From Anaerolineae bacterium (GTDB lineage: Bacteria > Chloroflexota > Anaerolineae > J102): 54,482 bases of DNA. The notes under the pieces were generated by a model that saw nothing but the letters and a program-made list of their open reading frames with translations, had not been told where the DNA came from and made no database searches. A program made the position numbers and the translations under genes. The stretch is from contig JALWZT010000212.1 of assembly GCA_027002405.1 (NCBI GenBank), positions 1 through 54,482 of the forward strand, given 5' to 3'. Positions 9,221 through 16,971 of this stretch are shown piece after piece; within the stretch, counting starts at the first letter, position 1; every line of letters starts with the position of its first letter.

Positions 9221-10210
9221 TTATGGTTTCTCTGGTACTTTCAGAAGCAAAGCCTCCAAAGCAAGACGACGGTTCACATTTTGGCGCAAATACTGGACGG
9301 TTTCTAAGATGGCCCGAATAAACCGACGCACCTGGGACGTCGGGACCGCCTGAGCCTGCTGGGCCAACAAGGCCTGGTGTTCTTGATTTAGAATCCGATC
9401 ATGGACATGATACTGCATCAGCAACACATCGCGCCACCATAGCAGCCATTCTTGCAGCGTCCGCTCCAACTGTTCATCCTTTTCCATGCGCTGGGCATAG
9501 GCCAAACGCTGGGCTGGCGAATACGTCAAGATCGCGTCCAGCTCCTGCACCCGTTGATCATAGCTCTGCCAGGAAGCGGGGTCCTGGGCCATGGTCAATG
9601 CCCGGCCTATCCGCCCATGGCTCAGGCGGGTCAGCCGTCGGGCGGATGGCGCATCCAATCCCGCGGTAGATTGCAAAACCTCCGCGATCTCGTGCTCGGG
9701 TAGAGGTCGCAACCGTAACTGCTGACAACGGGAGATGATGGTATCTAGCAAACCCGAAGGCTGATGACTGATGAGGATGATACGGGTCGTGGCGCTGGGT
9801 TCTTCCAGAGTTTTCAAAAGAGCGTTGGCAGCATACACATTGGCCCGTTCAAAGGCTGTGATAATGAAAACCTTGTATCGCGAGGAAACAGGAGACAAAG
9901 CTGCCTCGCGCACGACTTCGCGTATCTGCTCGATACGCAACTGCTGGCCCGCGGGCTCGAAAACGCGATGATCTGGGTGCATCCCCTCGTGGGCCAGACG
10001 ACAGGAACGGCAATGTCCGCATGCCCCCAGGCCCTCCTCGCGGGTGGGATTCTCGCAAGTCAGGGCCTGAGCAAAAGCTCGGGCCAGGGTGGTCTTACCG
10101 ATATGCTCCGGCCCGGTAAAGAGATAGGCGTGGCGGGTGGCCTGTTGTTGAACGGCCCGACGCAGAAGCCTTTGCGCCCACGCGTGCCCGAACACTTGAA
10201 TGGCAGTCAT
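9221..10210 (-). CDS. holB: DNA polymerase III delta-prime subunit
   Basis: Starting at ATG 10210 gives MTAIQVFGHAWAQRLLRRAV...AYLFTGPEHIGKTTLARAFAQALTCE and the zinc module CGHCRSCRL. The 50-aa Pro/Ser-rich extension up to 10360 is unlikely to be real. Confidence 0.9.
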   Translation of the reverse strand: MTAIQVFGHAWAQRLLRRAVQQQATRHAYLFTGPEHIGKTTLARAFAQALTCENPTREEGLGACGHCRSCRLAHEGMHPDHRVFEPAGQQLRIEQIREVVREAALSPVSSRYKVFIITAFERANVYAANALLKTLEEPSATTRIILISHQPSGLLDTIISRCQQLRLRPLPEHEIAEVLQSTAGLDAPSARRLTRLSHGRIGRALTMAQDPASWQSYDQRVQELDAILTYSPAQRLAYAQRMEKDEQLERTLQEWLLWWRDVLLMQYHVHDRILNQEHQALLAQQAQAVPTSQVRRFIRAILETVQYLRQNVNRRLALEALLLKVPEKP

Positions 10211-10416
10211 AACCTGATGGTACGCGTTCCCTGCGGCTTTGTCAACTCCTGAGCCCAGAGATGAGGTGCCCCAACTTGTTGGCAGGCACTCGTCGAGCCA
10301 GCGCTCCGGGACGGGCGGGGGAGAAAATAAAGATGCATATGGGGGTGGAAATGGAAGCATATGATGGGATCATTGACAACCGATGATGGATATGATAAAA
10401 ATCTAACCAATTGCTT

Positions 10417-11769
10417 ATGAGACAACACCGATCCCAGACCCTGCTCCTTTTTATCCTCCTTCTGGCCCGGTTGATGATCAATAAATTCGCGGAAGCCGGG
10501 CTGTTCGAGCACTTCCAGAATGTGGTCAAGCATCCTTTGGTGGGAGGGTGGCTTCCCGCGCAGGCCGTGGAAGCCTTTGGACCATGGTACGGCGACCCCA
10601 TCTTCCTTCTGCTGGCTGCTATCAGCCTGCTGGCCTTCCTAGGCTATGTCTTTATCGGCCTTTTCCAAGATAAGTTGGGAGAGCGGGCCACGTTTCGGAG
10701 CCAATACATCCTGATCTGGGTGATGATCCTGGCCCTGGTCATCCTCCCTTCCCTCAAACTGGCCTTGCTACGGCATGATAACCTGCCTCATTCATACAGT
10801 CATGATGGGGGTGTTATCCAAACCGAAATCGCCATCGACTATGCCCTTTCGGGCGAAAACCCTTATCACGAAGACTACATCCACACCCCCATGGCCGAAT
10901 GGGGTTTTCCCCAATTTCGCACCGCCCTGACCCATTACCCCTATCTGCCTGCCACCTTCTTGCTTTCTGCGCCCGTCAAATGGCTTTCCGACGTCCTTTT
11001 GGGATGGTATGACCAACGGTTTACTTATCTACTGCTTTTTCTCCTCACCCTCTTGCTGCTTCCAGGGCTCACGCACCGTGCCCCAGACCGAACTTTGGGG
11101 TTGACCATGGTCATCGGGCTGAATCCCATCATGGGCCTGGATATCATCTTCGGCCAGAACGATAGCTTTGTCCTGGCCTGGCTGGTGGTTGGCGCCTGGT
11201 TCTTGCAAAAACACCGATGGGGATGGGGAAGCCTCTTCATGGGGATTGCCGCGGCATCGAAACCCACGGCCTGGTTTATGATCCCCTTTTTCCTCCTCCT
11301 GGCTGCTGAAGATTCCCCCCTGGCATGGCGCACCCTTCTGCAAAAAACGACCCTGGTCAAAATCGCCCGCCGGGCCATTCCCGCGCTGGGGGTCTTCCTC
11401 CTGCTCGTTATCCCTTACCTCTTGTGGTCTCCGCAGGATTTCATCGACGATGTCTGGCGCTGGGCCGCGGGCACGGCCCAGGTCCACTATCAGATATGGG
11501 GCCTGGGCTTTGCCAACTTCGTCCTGGCCACGGGCACCTTGCCCGACCGTTTTGCGTATTGGCCCTTTTGGATCCCCGAACTCCTGGTCTCCGTGCCCGC
11601 CCTCGCGATCCTGGCATGGCAACAGATGCGGCGCAACACCCTGGGGAATGCCTTTTGGCTGGGCGCCATCCTGCTTTTCACCTTTGCCTTCTTTTCTCGA
11701 TTTCTGAATGAAAACTATCTGGGCTTTATCCTGGCCCTCATGGCGTTGGGCTACTACCTGGATACATAG
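10417..11769 (+). CDS. polytopic membrane protein, GT-C-fold glycosyltransferase-like (DUF2029/GT87-like)
   Basis: About 450 aa with more than 10 hydrophobic segments (GLNPIMGLDIIFGQNDSFVLAWLVVGAWF...IAAASKPTAWFMIPFFLLL). ATG 10417 follows TTG 10411. The family call is from recall. Confidence 0.55.
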   Translation: MRQHRSQTLLLFILLLARLMINKFAEAGLFEHFQNVVKHPLVGGWLPAQAVEAFGPWYGDPIFLLLAAISLLAFLGYVFIGLFQDKLGERATFRSQYILIWVMILALVILPSLKLALLRHDNLPHSYSHDGGVIQTEIAIDYALSGENPYHEDYIHTPMAEWGFPQFRTALTHYPYLPATFLLSAPVKWLSDVLLGWYDQRFTYLLLFLLTLLLLPGLTHRAPDRTLGLTMVIGLNPIMGLDIIFGQNDSFVLAWLVVGAWFLQKHRWGWGSLFMGIAAASKPTAWFMIPFFLLLAAEDSPLAWRTLLQKTTLVKIARRAIPALGVFLLLVIPYLLWSPQDFIDDVWRWAAGTAQVHYQIWGLGFANFVLATGTLPDRFAYWPFWIPELLVSVPALAILAWQQMRRNTLGNAFWLGAILLFTFAFFSRFLNENYLGFILALMALGYYLDT

Positions 11770-11797
11770 TCATTTCCCCCAACATCTATACACAACC

Positions 11798-12178
11798 TGT
11801 GGATAACTATGGGGAAAACCTGGATATAACCTTGTCTAAACCCTTGGGAAAAGTCAACATGCTCTGGGGATGATGCCAGGAAAAGTTGCGGAAAAACGAG
11901 GGCATGAGAAATCTCTGTCAAGTCAGACGATATGCCGCCATATAGTCCCCCCGCCAAAACGAGCCACTAAATAGCTCATGGCCTGTTTCTGCCCGGATTC
12001 CTGCTTCAAATCCTCGTCGATACAGGCCAAATAATCCCCAATTTCTTATAAACATATCCACATAAGTTTTCCCCAAAGGCGTGCTGCTATGCAACGGCTA
12101 TTTTGTAGGGATCGTCATCGATGCCCCCTACATATGCATCCCTCTCATCATCTATACGCTTTTTTCCACAAATCCACA
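11798..12178. promoter_or_regulatory. cluster of DnaA-box-like 9-mers in a 445-bp gene-free gap
   Basis: There is a perfect TTATCCACA on the minus strand (tgtggataa, 11798-11806). Near matches are ATATCCACA (12054-12062), TTTTCCACA (12162-12170) and AAATCCACA (12170-12178). An AT-rich stretch spans 12028-12070. Confidence 0.4.
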
Positions 12179-12214
12179 GCGCCTACGACGATAACGAGAT
12201 ACATTTTATCCTGA

Positions 12215-13075
12215 CTATATTTTCTCAACTCTATCCAGCACACGCCCCCTTTCATAGACACCCCAAGCCAACAGCGCCATCAGCAAACTCACCCCCAATA
12301 ACACAGGCGGATGGAAAATTACCCCCGAAACAAGTCCTGCGATGAGAAAATATCCGTGAAAGACTGCAGGGGTCCAACGTACCAAAGGCGATGCGGGCCT
12401 GCGAGATAATCGTGGGCGTTGCGCCATAACCAGGCCCAGAGCCGTGAACAGGGTCACGCCAATCGTCCAGCCATACCAGGCACGGGGAACGACAAAGACA
12501 ATAAACGCGTTGGTAGCCAGAACCCCCAGGACCCCCAAAATGACCGCAGTCACAGGCCCCAGCCAACGGCTCAGGGGATGCGGCTTTTGTGCAAATAACC
12601 ACATCCCGGCAGTGAAGGAACATACCACCCAAAACCAGGCCCAAAAATTTGCCCAGGGCACACCAAAGTATTGAAACGCCATCCCCTGTCCCCAATCCCA
12701 CATCCCTAATCGGATAGCGATGGCATCCATCGACAGGTCGATATTTAACGCCAACAAGCCCGCGGCCACGGGCCAGGCCCAACGAGGCAATGTGGTGGCC
12801 TCCACATACTGACGTGCAGCATAAATGATCACCCCCCAGCCCACACCGATGGCGAGGGGTACCTCGTCCGCGATCATGACCGCAAACCGTCCATATCGAT
12901 ACGCGTGCAATTGTTGAATGGTTGCCCATTCTAGCAGCACCCCAAAAATAACGCCGGCCAACACCTGCCAGACACCATGCCAGCCTTGTCGGTGGTGGAC
13001 GTCCCATAGATTCCACACCAGCAGGCCATACATCAACCCTTCGAATATCAGGAAATAGGGATGGATGTTACCCAT
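12215..13075 (-). CDS. DUF422/CruF-like 'carotenoid biosynthesis protein' family membrane protein
   Basis: Start at ATG 13075 (MGNIHPYFLIFEG); position 13093 is a TTG. The motif LSMDAIAIRLGMWDWGQGMAFQYFGVPWANFWAWF matches my recollection of Pfam Caroten_synth. Confidence 0.5.
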   Translation of the reverse strand: MGNIHPYFLIFEGLMYGLLVWNLWDVHHRQGWHGVWQVLAGVIFGVLLEWATIQQLHAYRYGRFAVMIADEVPLAIGVGWGVIIYAARQYVEATTLPRWAWPVAAGLLALNIDLSMDAIAIRLGMWDWGQGMAFQYFGVPWANFWAWFWVVCSFTAGMWLFAQKPHPLSRWLGPVTAVILGVLGVLATNAFIVFVVPRAWYGWTIGVTLFTALGLVMAQRPRLSRRPASPLVRWTPAVFHGYFLIAGLVSGVIFHPPVLLGVSLLMALLAWGVYERGRVLDRVEKI

Positions 13076-13679
13076 GGCTTTTGCGTTGCACAATCCACCC
13101 TGCCAGGAAGAGTGAGGCCAGGACCGCGGAAAAGAGAATGCCCGAATAGATGACCGGTAAAATGGGGCTGGTGGATTCTCCGATGGGATTTGCAGGATGG
13201 CGGATAAGCGAGGTGCTTCGCACCAGGAAAAGCAGCAGAAACGCGAATACGATAATCGCCACCGCGGTGAAGCGGGGTTGGTTCACCCACCAGATAATGA
13301 CCAGGAAAATGACGCCCACAGCCAGCACCCGAAGGGTCATTTGCGTTCGGGGTTCATGAAAATCCACGAAAACTCCCCAGGCCAATCGGGCCGGGATCAT
13401 GGAAAGCACGAATCCCAAAGCCCATAGAAGAAAAGCGATAAGGCCCACTGTCACCATCCAGGGATAGAGCTTCACATTGCCCAGAAGAAACCCGGCAGCC
13501 AACAGGGCCGCGGCCAAAAAGACGTAAACCGCGGCCTGAGTCAAAGAACCATGGGCGAAGACCCAGCGGATAAGGGTCCCCAGGGTGCGCTCGGGCGGGG
13601 TGAGGAAGATGAAAACAAGCCACAAAAAGCCGAACCCCAGCGCCAGGGGCAAGTATGGGAATGAGCGTCTTCCATGCAT
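13068..13679 (-). CDS. hypothetical integral membrane protein (about 6 TM)
   Basis: 203 aa, strongly hydrophobic. It is translationally packed between the mqn gene and the DUF422 gene. No family was recognised. Confidence 0.6.
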   Translation of the reverse strand: MHGRRSFPYLPLALGFGFLWLVFIFLTPPERTLGTLIRWVFAHGSLTQAAVYVFLAAALLAAGFLLGNVKLYPWMVTVGLIAFLLWALGFVLSMIPARLAWGVFVDFHEPRTQMTLRVLAVGVIFLVIIWWVNQPRFTAVAIIVFAFLLLFLVRSTSLIRHPANPIGESTSPILPVIYSGILFSAVLASLFLAGWIVQRKSHG

Positions 13680-13686
13680 GGTCGTG

Positions 13687-14883
13687 TTAGTTCAACTCGA
13701 TCCTGGTGACCTTTAATTGCCCGCGGCGGGTTTTGCGGCTGGGCGGCGCGTAGGCTTCCAGGGGGTGATCGTAGATTTCGATGATGTTATAGAGGGTGTC
13801 CCGTTCCACGGGCACTTTGCCCGCGGCTTTGATCAGGCGGAGAAGATCGAATTTATCCAGATATTCTTCGGTGGTGGCTCCGGCATCATGATAGATTTTC
13901 TCCTCCACCACGGTGCCGTCGATATCGTCTGCGCCGAAATGGAGGGAAAGCTGGGCAATCGGCGGGGTGAGCATGACCCAATAGGCCTTGATGTGCGGGA
14001 AGTTATCCAGTAACAGCCGACTAACCGCCATGGTTTTTAGGGTATCGTGGGCGCTGGTCCAGTCGAGCTGGCGGCCCAGGTTGTTGTTTTCAGGGTGATA
14101 GCGCAGGGGGATGAAGGTCTGGAACCCGCCCGTCTCATCCTGAAGCTCCCGCAATCGCAGCAAATGGTCCACGCGATGTTCGTACTGTTCGATGTGCCCG
14201 TAGAGCATGGTGGCGTTGGTGCGCAGGCCCAGCCGATGCGCGGTGCGATGGACCGCCAGCCAGGTTTCGGCGTCGGCCTTTTCGGGGCAGATGCGGCGAC
14301 GGATGTCAGGGTGGAAGATCTCGGCGCCGCCGCCGGGCATGGACCCCAGGCCCGCGTCTATCAGCCTGCGTAAGATGGTCTCATGGTCCAGGCCCGTCAT
14401 CTGGCTGAAGAAATCGATCTCCACCGCGGTAAAGGCTTTGAGATGGATGTGAGGGTATTCCCGCTTTAATGCCCGCAGCACCTCTTCGTAGTATTCAAAC
14501 CCCAGTTGGGGATGGAGTCCGCCCACGATGTGAAATTCGGTGACGCGAGGATGCACATCCCCGCGGATGCGGTCGAGAATCTGTTCGGGCGTCCAGGTGT
14601 AGGCGCCGGGGGCGTCATCGCTATGCCGGGCAAAGGAACAGAAGTTGCAGTGGAACGCACAGACGTTGGTGGGGTTGATGTGGCGGTTCTGATTGAAATA
14701 AACGTACTTGCCGCCGTTGATCCGTCGGTTGACCAGATCGGCCAATTGGCCGATGGTGAGCAGATCATAGCTTTGGAACAGGCGCATGCCATCGTCGAAA
14801 TCCAGGCGTTCGCCCGCGACGGTCTTTTCGACGATATCGTCCAGTTCGTGGGTGTGGGAGAGGGAAGTGAGGGTATCGAGCAT
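13687..14883 (-). CDS. mqnE: radical-SAM menaquinone (futalosine pathway) enzyme, MqnE/MqnC family, most like aminofutalosine synthase
   Basis: 398 aa with the radical-SAM CxxxCxxC motif in YFNQNRHINPTNVCAFHCNFCSFAR, plus VTEFHIVGGLHP and KAFTAVEI. The choice of MqnE over MqnC is from recall. Confidence 0.75.
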   Translation of the reverse strand: MLDTLTSLSHTHELDDIVEKTVAGERLDFDDGMRLFQSYDLLTIGQLADLVNRRINGGKYVYFNQNRHINPTNVCAFHCNFCSFARHSDDAPGAYTWTPEQILDRIRGDVHPRVTEFHIVGGLHPQLGFEYYEEVLRALKREYPHIHLKAFTAVEIDFFSQMTGLDHETILRRLIDAGLGSMPGGGAEIFHPDIRRRICPEKADAETWLAVHRTAHRLGLRTNATMLYGHIEQYEHRVDHLLRLRELQDETGGFQTFIPLRYHPENNNLGRQLDWTSAHDTLKTMAVSRLLLDNFPHIKAYWVMLTPPIAQLSLHFGADDIDGTVVEEKIYHDAGATTEEYLDKFDLLRLIKAAGKVPVERDTLYNIIEIYDHPLEAYAPPSRKTRRGQLKVTRIELN

Positions 14884-15301
14884 GAGGGAAGGGGTATTGG
14901 ATATTGGATACTGCTATGTAAATAGGATTCGGATCAGGATTAGGATTGAGGATCGCCAGGTCCACGTTGAGCGAGGCACCAACGGGCGTGATGCGTGAAA
15001 TGTAAAACGTGAGAGCCTTACGCATCACGCATTACGCATCACGTGCTCGGCTTCCCGCGCCAACGTGGCCGCGAGATGTTTTCATCCGTATCGGCGAGCT
15101 GCCGTTCGGGGTGACTGCTTTGTAGATAGAGTAATCAGTGATCAGTTATCAGTAATCAGTAGGAATCTGCGTTGCATCTGCGTTACATCTGCGCAGATCA
15201 GCGTTCTATTTTCATCGTTAGAGGGTGAGCTATAGTTCAGGGCGACTGGATACTGGATATTGGATACCAAATATCGAATACCCAATCCCCAATATCGCAT
15301 T
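14884..15301. repeat. modular intergenic repeat locus R1 (archetype; modules F, terminus, A, B/C, linker, D, E, F)
   Basis: F GGTATTGGATATTGGATAC 14893-14910. Terminus ctgctatgtaaatag 14911-14925. A hexamers AGGATT/CGGATC 14924-14951. B/C palindrome 14952-15078. Linker ttttcatccgtatcggcgagc...gactgctttgtagatag 15079-15129. D heptamers NATCAGT x4 15133-15160. E ATCTGCG 11-mers 15163-15206. F palindrome 15246-15297. Confidence 0.9.
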
Positions 15302-16642
15302 TTACCAGAAAGCTGGCCAAACCAGGAGAACGAGAACACTTAATCCCACACTGGCGGAAAGCGCTAGCACAGCAAGAACGCGGGGTGCAGTCCGAAGCTC
15401 ACGCGTGATGGGAAGCGCATCGAATCCGCCCGCCAAGCCCATACCAAACCACACACCGATGGCCGCGATGCTGGGCCACAACAGGCGGGCTTGGTCCGTG
15501 CCCAGGGCCAGCCGGGTGTAGTTGATAATGCCCGCCAGAGTGAGCAAAGGTGCACCTGCCAACAGGAGCAACAAGAAAACCTGGCAAGATCCCTCGCGCC
15601 ACCACCCCCGCAGGAGGTGAATAACGCCCATCAGCACGGCCAATGAGAAAACGCCCGCCAGCGCATAAGCCCAATGAGGGAGAAATATCTGGCCGATGGC
15701 GCCATAGCGTCCCCAGAAGTACGTGTACAGCCCTTTGGCCAACCATAGCAGCACTCCCAAGTCTATCGGGCCTTCCCGCACGTCTATGGTCTGGCGCACC
15801 AAGGCCCAGCCCAAAGGATCGCCATACAGTTGCCAGTTGCGCACCAGCCAGGGCGAAGCCACCAGCAGGCCCAAGCCCCAGGCCAGTGCCCCATGCCCTA
15901 CTACCTCCAACCAGGCCCGAGCCTGATCGCGGCGAGGCCAGAGATATGCGGCCAGGGGAAGCGCCAACAACGGCCACAGAGAAAAGGTCCCCACCTTGGA
16001 AAGCGCGCCCAGGCCGAAAATGACGCCCAGAGCCAAAGTGTATCGCCAGGACAGCGATTGCTGAATCATCCTCACCATGATCAAGATAGCCAGGGCCCCA
16101 AACGCGCCTGCTGCATTGTCATTGTTTATGGCCCCGCTGATGTACAAAAAGCCAGGCAGGCCCGCCAGAAACGCGGCAGCCATCAAGCCCACATCCTGAC
16201 GCTGCGGAAAGGATTCTTGCCCTATGCGCCAGGTGGCCCACAGGGTGATGCCACCCAACACCACCGAAAGAAAGCGCACCAGGTGGAAAGCCAGGGGACC
16301 TTCTCGCCAGGGGAAGGCCTCGGCATCGCCGTGGATGAAGAAATTGGCCGGGCCATCGGTGCGAATGGGGAACACATCGGGGTTGGGCTGCAGAAAGAGC
16401 CCCATGCCTGTCCATCCCCCCACCAAGGCTGCCATCCCATGATAGAGCGGAGGGTGCTTGCCCTGGGTGATCTCCGGCCCCTGGGGCAAATGCCGATGCC
16501 GGGCCAGGTAGCGGGCGTAGGCGTAGTGATCAGCCTCATCGGGCGCCTCCCCCAGGGGCACGATCACGGACACAGCCGTGGCCAGCACCAGGTAGACTGC
16601 CAGGATGATGAGAAAAAAACGGGGCTGCTTTGAAAATAGCAT
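15302..16642 (-). CDS. GT-C-fold membrane glycosyltransferase (ArnT/PMT_2-like)
   Basis: 446 aa, polytopic. The first periplasmic loop is PLGEAPDEADHYAYARYL, the acidic motif typical of ArnT/PMT-type GT-C enzymes. Its ATG and first 6 codons (MLFSKQ) lie inside the repeat terminus 16625-16642. Confidence 0.65.
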   Translation of the reverse strand: MLFSKQPRFFLIILAVYLVLATAVSVIVPLGEAPDEADHYAYARYLARHRHLPQGPEITQGKHPPLYHGMAALVGGWTGMGLFLQPNPDVFPIRTDGPANFFIHGDAEAFPWREGPLAFHLVRFLSVVLGGITLWATWRIGQESFPQRQDVGLMAAAFLAGLPGFLYISGAINNDNAAGAFGALAILIMVRMIQQSLSWRYTLALGVIFGLGALSKVGTFSLWPLLALPLAAYLWPRRDQARAWLEVVGHGALAWGLGLLVASPWLVRNWQLYGDPLGWALVRQTIDVREGPIDLGVLLWLAKGLYTYFWGRYGAIGQIFLPHWAYALAGVFSLAVLMGVIHLLRGWWREGSCQVFLLLLLAGAPLLTLAGIINYTRLALGTDQARLLWPSIAAIGVWFGMGLAGGFDALPITRELRTAPRVLAVLALSASVGLSVLVLLVWPAFW

Positions 16643-16971
16643 GATCGTCGGTTGCGGAAGGATCGCCAGGCCTACGTTGAGCGAGACGACAACGGGCGTG
16701 ATGCGTGAAAACGTGAAACGTGAGAACCTTACGCATCACGCATTACGCATTACGTGCTTGGCTTCCCGCGCCAACTTGGCCGCGAGATGTTTTCCTCGGT
16801 ATCGACGCGGGCGAGCCCGCCGTTGGACTGCTTTGAAAATAGAGGACGCAGATGAACGCTGATAGAGGCAGATTCACGCAGACAAAAAATCAAAATAAAA
16901 ATCATCTGCGCAAATCAGCGTTGCGAAGCATCTGTGCAAATCTGCGTTCCCTTTTCATCCGTATCGGTGAG
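16625..16971. repeat. modular intergenic repeat locus R2 (terminus, B/C, linker, E-type inverted array, linker)
   Basis: ctgctttgaaaatag 16625-16639. ggatcgccaggcctacgttgagcgag...cgtgaaaacgtgaaacgtgag/cttacgcatcacgcattacgcat...ccaacttggccgcgagatg. Linker 16790-16842. gcagatgaacgctgat ... atcagcgttgcgaagcatctg arrays run to 16950. The final linker runs into the stop of the next gene. Confidence 0.9.

Noticed and set aside
11754-12345. ORFs 11754..11957 (minus strand) and 12121..12345 (plus strand) in the DnaA-box gap.
   Set aside because: They are short, with no SD or recognisable family and atypical composition. The second runs antisense into the DUF422 gene. I consider the gap non-coding.
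14765-15028. Recurrent small ORFs beginning MMRK(A/V)LTF(H/Y)(V/I)SRITPV… occur at 14765..15028, 16536..16739 and 27442..27627. Related ORFs include 45976..46509 and others with PNPNPDPNP or IRIRIRI runs.
   Set aside because: They are translations of the B/C palindrome and hexamer modules. They recur only because the DNA repeat recurs, differ in length and frame continuation at each locus, and lack SD sequences. They are likely annotation artefacts.
14924-15206. Could the short tandem arrays (AGGATT hexamers, NATCAGT heptamers, ATCTGCG 11-mers) be CRISPR arrays?
   Set aside because: The units are 6-11 nt with no unique spacers between them, and each array has only 4-7 units. No cas genes are in the window. 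These are micro/minisatellite-like modules, not repeat-spacer arrays.
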